Of a stretch of 38,061 nucleotides of DNA, positions 9,879-19,085 are shown in pieces. Position 1 is the first letter of the stretch. Every line of letters starts with the position of its first letter. The notes beneath the pieces are model-generated. The model was given only the letters and a program-made list of their open reading frames with translations. It searched no databases and had not been told where the DNA came from. Both the position numbers and the translations under genes were made by a program. The stretch is taken from contig MNYV01000177.1 of NCBI GenBank assembly GCA_001873285.1, forward strand, positions 1-38,061, written 5' to 3'. Origin of the DNA: Nitrospirae bacterium CG2_30_53_67 (GTDB taxonomy: Bacteria > CG2-30-53-67).

Positions 9879-11963
9879 ATGGAAATGAGAGCATATTGGG
9901 AAATCCTTTTGAGAAGGAAGTGGATCATCATCATATCCGTTTTGCTCTTGCCGCTGCTGACCTTCGTGATTCTCATCCTCTTGCCGCCTGTTTATCAAAG
10001 TAAGGCTAAACTCCTGATCAATTTAACCAACTTCAAGCAGATGTTCATAAAAAATGTGCCTCCACATCTCGGGCAGATTACGTTTACCGATAAGGATAAG
10101 ATCATGAATAGTATTGAGGCGGCCATTGAAAGCACGCCGGTGGTCGGGAAAGTGATCGAAAAGTTGAATCTGCAAGACAGCAAAGGGGACCTGTTGAAAC
10201 TGGATAACTTTATTGACCCTTCGATCACGACCATTCTTTTCAAAAAAAGAGGGGTGGACATTGAAAACATGAGCGCCACGGAGATATTTGAAATCAGGGG
10301 TTACTCTGCGACGGGTTCCGAGGCAAAGCTGATCGCCGATGAGGTGATTCATCATTTCTCAACAGAAATGGCCGACCAATATCGGAGGCAGATGGCGGAA
10401 ATCAGAAAGGTTTTGGAAAAACGGATTATGGAGGTAGAAGTTCAACTGAAAAGGGAGGAAAAAAGCATTGCGGAATTTAAGACCGCTAATCAACTCTATG
10501 ATGTAACGACTCAGACCAGTATGATGATTTCTGAGATCAAGGATCTTGAAACCGAAAGAGACAAGGCCTCGCGTGCGTTTGAGCAGTCCAAGGCGAGTCT
10601 GAAGAATCTGCAGGAGGCCTCATGGCTGAACCAGCAAAATCTTGGAGATATGACTTCTCATCAATCGGACAACACGGTTATCAGTGGTTATAAGGAACAA
10701 TTGGAGAAGCTTGAAACCAGTCTGGCAAAAATGATAAAGGAAAAAACAGATGAGGATCCGGTAGTCAAAATTACGAAGCATCAGATCGATCTTGTGAAAG
10801 AGAATATCAGAAAGGAAATCTCGAAGAATATTGCTTCACAGTTTTCATCCAGGTTGTCTAATTCCTTGGTGACAGGGTCATCATCCTTTTACAACACACT
10901 TTCAACAAGGTATGCAGATATTATCATTTCGTTAGTGGAAATCGAGACCGGGAAGAAGATTCTGGATACCCAGATCAATTCGAAACAGGAGTCGCTTAGA
11001 AATATTACGGAAAAAACGACAAAGTTGAGTGAGTTACAAAGGCGGGCAGATGACTTGAAAACAGTATATAATTCCATATTTCTCGATCTGGAGACCGTGA
11101 GGAACACTTCAGATTTGGACCTGACCAATGCCATGGTTGTTCAGCCGGCAGATCCTGGAAAATATTATTTTCCTCATACGTTTGATGACTATGAAATTTA
11201 TCTTGGGATCGCCGCTGTTGCCGGCATATTTCTGGGAATATTTTTTGCGTTCCTTTACGATTACCTCGATCGTACCCTTAAAACTCTCGATGAAACCAAG
11301 AAGGTCCTCAATCAGGGAATCGTTGTGAAGTTTCCCAAAGTCAAAAGATCGCAATTGAACATTCTTGAAACGACTCAGTCTCCATTTACCGAGCCTATTT
11401 ATAATTTTTTTACACAAGCGAACGGCTTCAGAAATGCGAAAGGCGGACAAGCCATTGCCGTGGTCAGTACATCAGGCAAGGCCGGAAACTCCACTGTGGC
11501 CGTTCACGCCGCGTGCGTCTTGGCTCGTGGGAACAAACGGGTTCTTCTGGTAGACGGTAACCTGCGCGGGCCCGTTCTCCATGAGGCATTCAATATACCC
11601 AACGATAAGGGGCTCAGCGACTATCTTTTAAACGGCCTGGCGGCCCAGGATATTGTCAGTAAAACGTTTGAAAACAATCTGGATATGATTACGGCCGGTT
11701 CGGTATGGATGGAGAGCCCTCAGATCCATCTGCAATCCAAGAAATTTGAAAAGCTTCTTGAAGAGATGTTGAAGCTCTATGATTTCATATTGTTCGATAC
11801 CCCGCCTTTTTCATCCGGCGCTGATGGATTGATCATATCCATTTATGCACGAAAGGTCATATTAGTCGTCAGACAAGGTCGAACCCCTCAGAAAGCAGCC
11901 AAAGAACTGGTGAATATGCTTGAAAAGGAAAATGCCGCAGTATGGGGCGTTGTGGTCATATAA
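9879..11963 (+). CDS. Polysaccharide co-polymerase (Wzc/GumC-like) with degenerate BY-kinase domain
   Basis: YWEILLRRKW + TM, long coiled-coil, second TM, P-loop domain with LLVDGNLRGP and ILFDTPP; Walker A reads GKAGNST. Confidence 0.9.
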   Translation: MEMRAYWEILLRRKWIIIISVLLLPLLTFVILILLPPVYQSKAKLLINLTNFKQMFIKNVPPHLGQITFTDKDKIMNSIEAAIESTPVVGKVIEKLNLQDSKGDLLKLDNFIDPSITTILFKKRGVDIENMSATEIFEIRGYSATGSEAKLIADEVIHHFSTEMADQYRRQMAEIRKVLEKRIMEVEVQLKREEKSIAEFKTANQLYDVTTQTSMMISEIKDLETERDKASRAFEQSKASLKNLQEASWLNQQNLGDMTSHQSDNTVISGYKEQLEKLETSLAKMIKEKTDEDPVVKITKHQIDLVKENIRKEISKNIASQFSSRLSNSLVTGSSSFYNTLSTRYADIIISLVEIETGKKILDTQINSKQESLRNITEKTTKLSELQRRADDLKTVYNSIFLDLETVRNTSDLDLTNAMVVQPADPGKYYFPHTFDDYEIYLGIAAVAGIFLGIFFAFLYDYLDRTLKTLDETKKVLNQGIVVKFPKVKRSQLNILETTQSPFTEPIYNFFTQANGFRNAKGGQAIAVVSTSGKAGNSTVAVHAACVLARGNKRVLLVDGNLRGPVLHEAFNIPNDKGLSDYLLNGLAAQDIVSKTFENNLDMITAGSVWMESPQIHLQSKKFEKLLEEMLKLYDFILFDTPPFSSGADGLIISIYARKVILVVRQGRTPQKAAKELVNMLEKENAAVWGVVVI

Positions 11964-11972
11964 CCAATTATC

Positions 11973-12932
11973 ATGATAATTCGAGAGAATTTTGCAAGGG
12001 ATGTCCTAAGGCTGATCGTCTGGTATCCCGTAAGATGGATGGTTAGAATGGCTCCCCTGAAATACTCCCTGAATGTCTTAAGAGGGATGGGCGACCTTCA
12101 TTATTTTTTGTCAAGGGGGAAGAGGGCCGCCCTATTGAATAACCTGAAAATGATTTTCCGAGATCCGGCGAAGACCGGAACAAATTTTTTTCCTCATACA
12201 ATAAGGGAGTATTTCAGAAACCATTATGTGAACCGGCTGCATATCTTTCTTTTCCCGAGACTCAATAAAAAAAACATTGATCAGGTCCACACCTTCGAGG
12301 GGATGGATCACTTGAATAAGGCCCTTGCCTTGGGGAGGGGCTGTATATTGCTTCACCCCCATTTCGGGCCCTTGTTCCTGCCCGTCCATGCCCTGGGACT
12401 GGAAGGCTATCCCGTGGCGGCGCTCCTGCTGACGATCAATGAGGGATTAAGTTTCATGGGAAGGCATATTGCCTATAAGTTACGTGTAAAATATGAGAAG
12501 AAGATGAAGGCCCATCTGATTTATGCGGATTCGTTTTTAAGGCCTTTATTCCAATGTCTGAAACAAAACATGGTGGTTTTTTCAATCGGAGACGGCTCTG
12601 ACGGCGGAAGACGCCTGGGCAAATTTGCCGAAAGAGAATTTTTAGGGAAGAAAATGCTGTTTCCACGCGGCCCCGCGCTCCTTTCAAAGAAAACAGGCGC
12701 GCCGATCATCCCCATTTTTACGGTTCTTCAGGAGGATGGCCGCTACAAGACGACCATCCATGAGCCGATCAACTTGAATTCCGATGCCAGCGAAGATGAG
12801 ATCGCTTCCATATTTATAGCAAAGATGGAGTCTTATGTGCAAAGATACCCGCACCTCTGGCATTTCTGGGATGAGTTTGAAGAGAGGATCCGCTGCAATA
12901 TGAACCATTCAAACGATCAGGCCGTTCAATGA
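11973..12932 (+). CDS. LpxL/HtrB-family (lipid A lauroyl-type) acyltransferase homolog 1
   Basis: EGMDHL..AL..GRGCILLHPHFG, FLGKK..FPRGPALLS..TGAPIIP, YPHLWHFW. Confidence 0.8.
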   Translation: MIIRENFARDVLRLIVWYPVRWMVRMAPLKYSLNVLRGMGDLHYFLSRGKRAALLNNLKMIFRDPAKTGTNFFPHTIREYFRNHYVNRLHIFLFPRLNKKNIDQVHTFEGMDHLNKALALGRGCILLHPHFGPLFLPVHALGLEGYPVAALLLTINEGLSFMGRHIAYKLRVKYEKKMKAHLIYADSFLRPLFQCLKQNMVVFSIGDGSDGGRRLGKFAEREFLGKKMLFPRGPALLSKKTGAPIIPIFTVLQEDGRYKTTIHEPINLNSDASEDEIASIFIAKMESYVQRYPHLWHFWDEFEERIRCNMNHSNDQAVQ

Positions 12933-14377
12933 ATCAAGTCAGAAAGATAGCAAAAAATTCCTTTTTTGTTCTGACCGCCAGGGTGATGGAAGCCGTTTTC
13001 AACCTTCTCATCATGACGCAGATCGCCCGCTACCTTGGAATTGACGGTTTTGGGGTTTATTCCCTTGTGCTTGCCGTTGCCTGGGTCTTATCTCCCATGC
13101 TCTTTCTCGGATTAAATCAGATCCTTGCAAGAGACGTTGCTGTAGACAGGGGAAGGACATCGGATCTGCTCGGGAACGCCCTGGTTCTGAACCTGCTGAT
13201 GGTCATCCCTGTGATGGTTTGCACGATGCCGGTCATTTATATGTTTGGAATGGACAGAGTCTCCATCATCGCTCTCTTGATCTCAATAGGTTATTTCATT
13301 ATCGATGCTTTTGTTAGAAACTTTTTCGGAGTGATCATTGCTTTTGAGGAGATGAAATACCTGGCATGGATCACACTGATCAATGTCTTGACCGAGCTGG
13401 TATTGGTTCTGCTCGTCGTTCATTTTGATCTTGGGTTTCTCAGCATCTTTCTTGCGTCGGGCTCCGCCGGTCTGATCAGCCTCTTTGCCTGTCTGCTGTT
13501 GTTCAAGAAGCATTTTCTGCTGCCCAGGATACGAATTCATTTCAAAAAGCTTTATGATCTCTTCGTGACCTGCCTGCCGCTCATGATCTCTCTTTTTCTG
13601 ATCAACGGCTTTCTTTATGTAGACGTCTTTGTGCTGAAATTTATGGGGAGTAATGCCGATGTCGGACTTTTCCAGGCGCCGCATAAGATATTGATGAGAA
13701 TGCAGGTGCTGCCGATGGCTTTTTTTGTAGTCCTTCTTCCGGTTTTCTCCCGTCTTGCGCAAACAAACGAGACCCTTAAAAATTTCAGGAAGCTATATGC
13801 AAAAACCTTCAAGATGACGTTGATCTTCGCCCTCCCGATTACCGTTGTCGGGGTTGCCTTTTCTGATCAAATCGTCTTCTTTTTATTCGGCCTGGAATTT
13901 GCCGGGTCGGGTTTATCCCTATCCATACTTCTGTGCGCATTCCCCTTCCTCTGTCTTACGACCCTCTGCAGGTATTTGTTGATCGCACTAAAAAAGCAGA
14001 AGCTGGTCATGTTTTCCGACGGGGTTTGCCTGCTGACCAATTTCGTTTTGGATATTATTTTAGTGCCTCGATTTGGATTCATCGGCGCCAGTTTTGGAAC
14101 CTTATTCGCACTGGTTATTCAGTCTCTCACAAACTACGTCCTTCTCTCAGAACATTCGCGTGACGTCTCCTGGCTGGAAACCGTTCTTGCACCCGTCGCC
14201 GCTGCTGTTATATTTGTCTTGTTCTTATTCGGGACAGGCAGAGAGGATCATATGATCCTGCTCCCGGTGGGCATGGCCCTCTATATCGGAACGTTATTTA
14301 TTTCCAAGGGATTTTCATCGGAAGATATGAGCTGCATCAAAAAAATATTAAGTTATAAAAAGGGCCTTCAGAAGTGA
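12929..14377 (+). CDS. Wzx flippase (polysaccharide biosynthesis/MOP family)
   Basis: KIAKNS start, ARYLG..GFGVYS, many TM segments, DVFVL...VGLF, LVPRFGFIGA; ATGA overlap with upstream gene. Confidence 0.9.
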   Translation: MNQVRKIAKNSFFVLTARVMEAVFNLLIMTQIARYLGIDGFGVYSLVLAVAWVLSPMLFLGLNQILARDVAVDRGRTSDLLGNALVLNLLMVIPVMVCTMPVIYMFGMDRVSIIALLISIGYFIIDAFVRNFFGVIIAFEEMKYLAWITLINVLTELVLVLLVVHFDLGFLSIFLASGSAGLISLFACLLLFKKHFLLPRIRIHFKKLYDLFVTCLPLMISLFLINGFLYVDVFVLKFMGSNADVGLFQAPHKILMRMQVLPMAFFVVLLPVFSRLAQTNETLKNFRKLYAKTFKMTLIFALPITVVGVAFSDQIVFFLFGLEFAGSGLSLSILLCAFPFLCLTTLCRYLLIALKKQKLVMFSDGVCLLTNFVLDIILVPRFGFIGASFGTLFALVIQSLTNYVLLSEHSRDVSWLETVLAPVAAAVIFVLFLFGTGREDHMILLPVGMALYIGTLFISKGFSSEDMSCIKKILSYKKGLQK

Positions 14378-14424
14378 TATGCATAACCTGTGAAAACTTA
14401 TAGACAGGAGGTTTGAATCCAAGT

Positions 14425-15762
14425 ATGAACATCGTCATCTTATTAATCGATGCACTGAGGGCCGATCACCTGGGATGTTACAGGTATCCCAAGAAGACTT
14501 CCCCGCATATGGATCGTATTGCCGAGAAAAGCGCTTTATTCGAAAACGCCATATCCCAGACCAACTGGACGCTCCCTTCTCTATACTCCCTGATGACGGG
14601 GAGGTATCCATCGAGCCTGCAGATTTCATGGTGGGATCAGAAAATCAATGAGAAATTTACCGTGCTTCCTCAACTCCTCGCGGAGAATGGATATCATACG
14701 GGTTTATATACCCCCTTTAAGGCGCTCCTCAATCCCAAGTCTTTTTGCAGCCACTTCCATGAGACCAGACAAATCAAGACTCAGGATCATATCCCTGCGG
14801 TCATGAAGGACTGGGTGAAACGGCATGAGCATTCCTTTTTGCTCTTTCACATCGGGGAGTACGTCCATGAGCCCTTTTTTGCAGACAAGAAATATGTAAG
14901 CATGTTTTTGGATGATGATATTGATGCTGAGAAGATATCCGGATCAAACGTCATAGATTCATTAACATCAAGAACCAGCGCATTCAAGAATATACGAAAA
15001 CTCATCATGAAGATTAATGCCGGAATGATCAGGCTTTCAAAGGCAGAGATCCAATATCTCATGAGCGCGTATGATGCCGGTATTTTCTGCGTTGATGAGA
15101 TGGTCGGACAAATTTACAATGTGATGAGGGAGCAGAGCAAAGACTATCTTTTTATCATCACGGCGGACCATGGGCAGGCGTTTATGGAGCACAACTTTTT
15201 CGGGCATGGGTTGTCGCTCTATGAAGAGCTGATCCATGTACCGCTGATCGCCGATTTCAACGGCAGGCATTCCCTGCGGGTCCCGGATCCGGTTCAGTTA
15301 ATGGATTTGTGTCCGACGATCCTGGACTTGCTGAAACTCTCTCCTAAAAGCCCGTTGAATGGGGACTCGCTGATGCCGCTTCTGAACCACCACCGCTTCC
15401 CCGACAGGGGATGCATCTCCGAAAGTTATCCATACCTGTCCTTGAGAAAAGCCGATTATAAACTGATCACCAAGCACACCAGGCTTGCAAACGCTGATGA
15501 GATTTTCAACCCGGTTGAAAAATCCTGGAAGAAGAAATTATTGACAAGATTTCTACATTATCTTCCGGACAAGCTGTTCAATTTAAATGAAGATCCCGGC
15601 GAAAGACACAATATCAGGCGAAGGGAGCCTGCGGTCTATGGGACTCTTGTGGCGGAGATCAACGAGATTGCGAAGCGTTTCAACACGGAGGACCTGCGGC
15701 CGGAAGAGGTCGGCATAGATGAAGAAATCAAAAAACAGTTGATCGATCTCGGATATTTGTAA
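14425..15762 (+). CDS. Sulfatase-like hydrolase/transferase (alkaline phosphatase superfamily), Thr at the formylglycine position
   Basis: NIVILLIDALRADHLG, WTLPS..SLMTGRYP, TADHG, HG..LYEE..HVPL, LFNL..DPGE; no signal peptide; alternative TTG start 14413. Confidence 0.85.
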   Translation: MNIVILLIDALRADHLGCYRYPKKTSPHMDRIAEKSALFENAISQTNWTLPSLYSLMTGRYPSSLQISWWDQKINEKFTVLPQLLAENGYHTGLYTPFKALLNPKSFCSHFHETRQIKTQDHIPAVMKDWVKRHEHSFLLFHIGEYVHEPFFADKKYVSMFLDDDIDAEKISGSNVIDSLTSRTSAFKNIRKLIMKINAGMIRLSKAEIQYLMSAYDAGIFCVDEMVGQIYNVMREQSKDYLFIITADHGQAFMEHNFFGHGLSLYEELIHVPLIADFNGRHSLRVPDPVQLMDLCPTILDLLKLSPKSPLNGDSLMPLLNHHRFPDRGCISESYPYLSLRKADYKLITKHTRLANADEIFNPVEKSWKKKLLTRFLHYLPDKLFNLNEDPGERHNIRRREPAVYGTLVAEINEIAKRFNTEDLRPEEVGIDEEIKKQLIDLGYL

Positions 15763-15815
15763 TAATATATAAATTTTAAGCCGTATTCTTCATTCAGATG
15801 CAAGCGGGGGAAGAC

Positions 15816-17558
15816 ATGGGAAAACATAAGGTCCGGCGGATATTTCTTTTGTTTCTCTTCGTACTTACTGCTCAGTGCGCGACCCGGAATGCTTCATCAC
15901 AGGTTATGCGGCAGGATGTCATGGAGAAGGCGCAGAAGGTCAAGGAACTCATCAGAATGAAGCAGGCCCGGGGGGAAGATGTTTCCGCCGCTCTTTTCAA
16001 GGCACGGCAGGCGAAAAGATCTTTTAAGAGCGGTGATGTTTCAACAGCCGACCGGTTATTGGATGAAGCGCTTGTTTCTCTTGGAGAGAGCAGCGAGGCG
16101 GAGGTTAAAAGACCCATGCCGTCTTTACAGTACTCCCAATCGACTCAGATATACGAACCCGAAGGAATAGAGAAGACAATCAGTCTCAATCTTGGTTTGA
16201 AGAAGGCTTACCTGGTCAATCTTGATCCAAGGTTCAAAAGGGGCAAGGATATCTCCGGTTTTGATCGTGCGTTGAAGATGGTTCCAGCGGAGATTAAAGA
16301 CGGCCTACTCTCTTTGAAGATCGGAGCGGCGCCCATTTTTATTTTAGAGGACAAGCCGGCAATTCCATTTCGAAGAGTTGAGCCCACTTACGACTCTCCT
16401 TTTGGTTTTCATCCTGCAAAAGTTGAAGACATGAAAGATCCATACCAATATGCACATGATATCGGGGTGAGCTGGCACAGAATGAAACGGTATTTCATCT
16501 GGCCGTTGATTCAGAAGGACTTGACACGGAAGGAATATGACTGGACTTTCTACGATCATGAGATCCAAGAGGCTCAGGGTCTATACCTGCTCTGCAACAT
16601 TATTGCGGGACCCCCTTTGACTTCGGAAAGTGCTTCAAAAATCAGGAAGCAAGGGGTCAATCTGAATCTATATATGCAAAAGGATTCCTACCTGCCCGTC
16701 AACCAGAAGGCATATATGGACTTCGTGACCGCCACTGTTGAACGCTATGACGGCGACGGGATCAACGACATGCCTGGACTGACAAGGCCCGTTAAATACT
16801 GGCAGATCGGAAATGAGCCTCATCCCAAAGTCAAGGATTTCGCAGAGTTCGTGAAGATGACGAGTACGGCGATCAAGAAGGCGGACCCTACGGCAAAGGT
16901 TGTGATCGGCGGCGCCTTACTGCAGGAAATGCAGAATCCCACGATATTTGATATGCATTTCCTTAAGATACTGGAAGATCTGAAGGGCGGATATATTGAT
17001 GTCATTGATTTTCACTGGGGTGGTGAGGCTTCCGGTAATTACAGGGGATACAAGGATATCTACGACCATCTCAGACGCAGGCTGAGTGAGATGGGCTTCC
17101 CTCCGGATATGCCCGTATGGATCACCGAAATGAGCAGTTACAGCGGTGATCCGGTCAAACTCTCTTTTCAACCCTGGGATCCCAAGCCGCAGACTGAATC
17201 GCAGCAGGCATCGGATTTAATCAAGAGATATGTCTTTGGGACTTCGATCGGTATCAAAAAGATTTTCTGGGCCTGGGGCATGGTAGAGGGATTCAAGAAT
17301 AATGACTCCTATTTCGATCATACGGGACTGATTTATGACGGGAAATTTTCCGATGACGATGGATATGGAGTAAAAAAACTTGCTTACTACAGCTATAAAC
17401 TCATGACCGGATTGCTCGACGGGAGTGATTGGAACAGCATCGGAATCATCAAAAACGGTGAAGACGATATCTATGCATATAAGTTTATCCGGAAAAGAAC
17501 GGGGAAACCGGTCTATGTCGTTTGGTGGGACTATTCCCATGAAAAAACAGCAAGATGA
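15816..17558 (+). CDS. Exported clan GH-A glycoside hydrolase-like protein (GH39/GH5-like)
   Basis: N-terminal hydrophobic signal; YWQIGNEP acid/base, IDFHW, PVWITEM nucleophile, KKIFW; YDGDG..DMPG insertion. Confidence 0.7.
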   Translation: MGKHKVRRIFLLFLFVLTAQCATRNASSQVMRQDVMEKAQKVKELIRMKQARGEDVSAALFKARQAKRSFKSGDVSTADRLLDEALVSLGESSEAEVKRPMPSLQYSQSTQIYEPEGIEKTISLNLGLKKAYLVNLDPRFKRGKDISGFDRALKMVPAEIKDGLLSLKIGAAPIFILEDKPAIPFRRVEPTYDSPFGFHPAKVEDMKDPYQYAHDIGVSWHRMKRYFIWPLIQKDLTRKEYDWTFYDHEIQEAQGLYLLCNIIAGPPLTSESASKIRKQGVNLNLYMQKDSYLPVNQKAYMDFVTATVERYDGDGINDMPGLTRPVKYWQIGNEPHPKVKDFAEFVKMTSTAIKKADPTAKVVIGGALLQEMQNPTIFDMHFLKILEDLKGGYIDVIDFHWGGEASGNYRGYKDIYDHLRRRLSEMGFPPDMPVWITEMSSYSGDPVKLSFQPWDPKPQTESQQASDLIKRYVFGTSIGIKKIFWAWGMVEGFKNNDSYFDHTGLIYDGKFSDDDGYGVKKLAYYSYKLMTGLLDGSDWNSIGIIKNGEDDIYAYKFIRKRTGKPVYVVWWDYSHEKTAR

Positions 17559-17576
17559 TGATGGGAATATCCGCCG

Positions 17577-19085
17577 ATGGCCGTGATGACCATTAAGAGA
17601 TTTCAGGATCATATTCTATCGCCGATCAGAACGGCCGGTTTCCTTCAATTGCTGACCATGGCGCTGCTGCAATTTTTCTTGGCAGCCCTCTTTATTTTCC
17701 TGCCGTTGATACAATCCATCATCCTGACGGTTATCTTCTTTTCAGCGGTGATCCTCTTGATGAAGCCCGAATGGGCCGTCTATCTGTTGGTTTTGATGGT
17801 ACCCCTCATCGCCAATTATATCGGATTCTATTTCGTGCCCACGAGGATCGGAGCGGAAACAACCAAGACGGTCCCTCTTTTTTCCGTGTTTTTGCTTCTC
17901 GCTGTCTTGGGATTGATTTTTAAAAAACTTGCACGGCTGCATGAAAGCGTTCCTCTGATCAGCTCCTGGACGGTCCCCATGTTCCTGCTGGTGGTCTATG
18001 CCGGCCTTTCATTGCTGTGGTGGGCTCCCTATCATGATTTCGGAGTCGTGACCCTTTACTTTATCATCATTAATTTTATTTTATATTATTATGTGGTCAA
18101 GGTGGTCAACATCGAGCGTATCCATAAGCAGTTGATGGTCTGTTGGGTGGTTGCCGGTGTCATCGAGTCTATTCTTGTCATTCTTTCCTATTATGGCATC
18201 CCGGAGAAAATGTTTTATACCTACAAGATTTCAGACTGGGTGATCTATGTTTATAATAATTACACCCATGTGCTCTACCGAGGGAATGCCCTGGGGCATC
18301 CGAACGTCGCCTCAACCATTTTGAATATGACCATCTGTGTCAATATCGGTCTGCTCCTGACCATGAGAACAAGGTGGAAATCCATCCTTCTATGGGGAGC
18401 GCTGATCCTCTCTCTTTTTGGTAATTTTCTTACATTGTCAAAAGCGGGTCTCGGCTCGCTGGTGGCGATGATCTGTTTTTTGCTGGTCGTCATATCAAAA
18501 CTAAGAAAGAGATGGTTCATCAACACGGCGGCGTGTCTTTCGGGTGTTGCAGTGATTTTCCTGGTCGGATATATTTATTTTACAAATACCGTAAACAGGG
18601 ACAAGCCCTTCAGGTTGTTTACCTTGTCGACACCCACGAGCAATGAAATAACCTCTTTGAAACACCGGATCATTATGTGGAAGGCAGGATGGGCGGAGAT
18701 GAAGGTAAGACATCTGACGTTGTTAGGATTGGGACCGGGAGGGTTTGAAATGACCACCCATTATCCCCATTCCCATAATCTCTATTTTTCCTTCTTTTTC
18801 GATTTGGGTTTACCTGGAGTCATCTTTGAACTGATTCTCTTTATAACGCTCGCCGGATATATCGGCCGGCACTTTCGCCGGCATTTTATCCGGCAAGAGA
18901 CCTACCTTGAGATCATGTCTTTTTGTTTTATGGGAGGCCTTCTGGCCTTAGCCGCGCATAGTACCGTGGATCAATATTATTACAAGCCGGTTATATGGCT
19001 TTTTTTCGCCTTGGCCGTATCCACCTTCAGCCTGACAAAAATTGAAACCCTTGGAAAAGAGAAGCAGTTAAATGGAGCAGAATAA
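17577..19085 (+). CDS. O-antigen ligase-like / Wzy polymerase membrane protein
   Basis: Polytopic membrane protein with GHPN, TLSKAG, R..MW, GLGPGGF and HSHNLY...DLGLPG motifs. Confidence 0.85.
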   Translation: MAVMTIKRFQDHILSPIRTAGFLQLLTMALLQFFLAALFIFLPLIQSIILTVIFFSAVILLMKPEWAVYLLVLMVPLIANYIGFYFVPTRIGAETTKTVPLFSVFLLLAVLGLIFKKLARLHESVPLISSWTVPMFLLVVYAGLSLLWWAPYHDFGVVTLYFIIINFILYYYVVKVVNIERIHKQLMVCWVVAGVIESILVILSYYGIPEKMFYTYKISDWVIYVYNNYTHVLYRGNALGHPNVASTILNMTICVNIGLLLTMRTRWKSILLWGALILSLFGNFLTLSKAGLGSLVAMICFLLVVISKLRKRWFINTAACLSGVAVIFLVGYIYFTNTVNRDKPFRLFTLSTPTSNEITSLKHRIIMWKAGWAEMKVRHLTLLGLGPGGFEMTTHYPHSHNLYFSFFFDLGLPGVIFELILFITLAGYIGRHFRRHFIRQETYLEIMSFCFMGGLLALAAHSTVDQYYYKPVIWLFFALAVSTFSLTKIETLGKEKQLNGAE

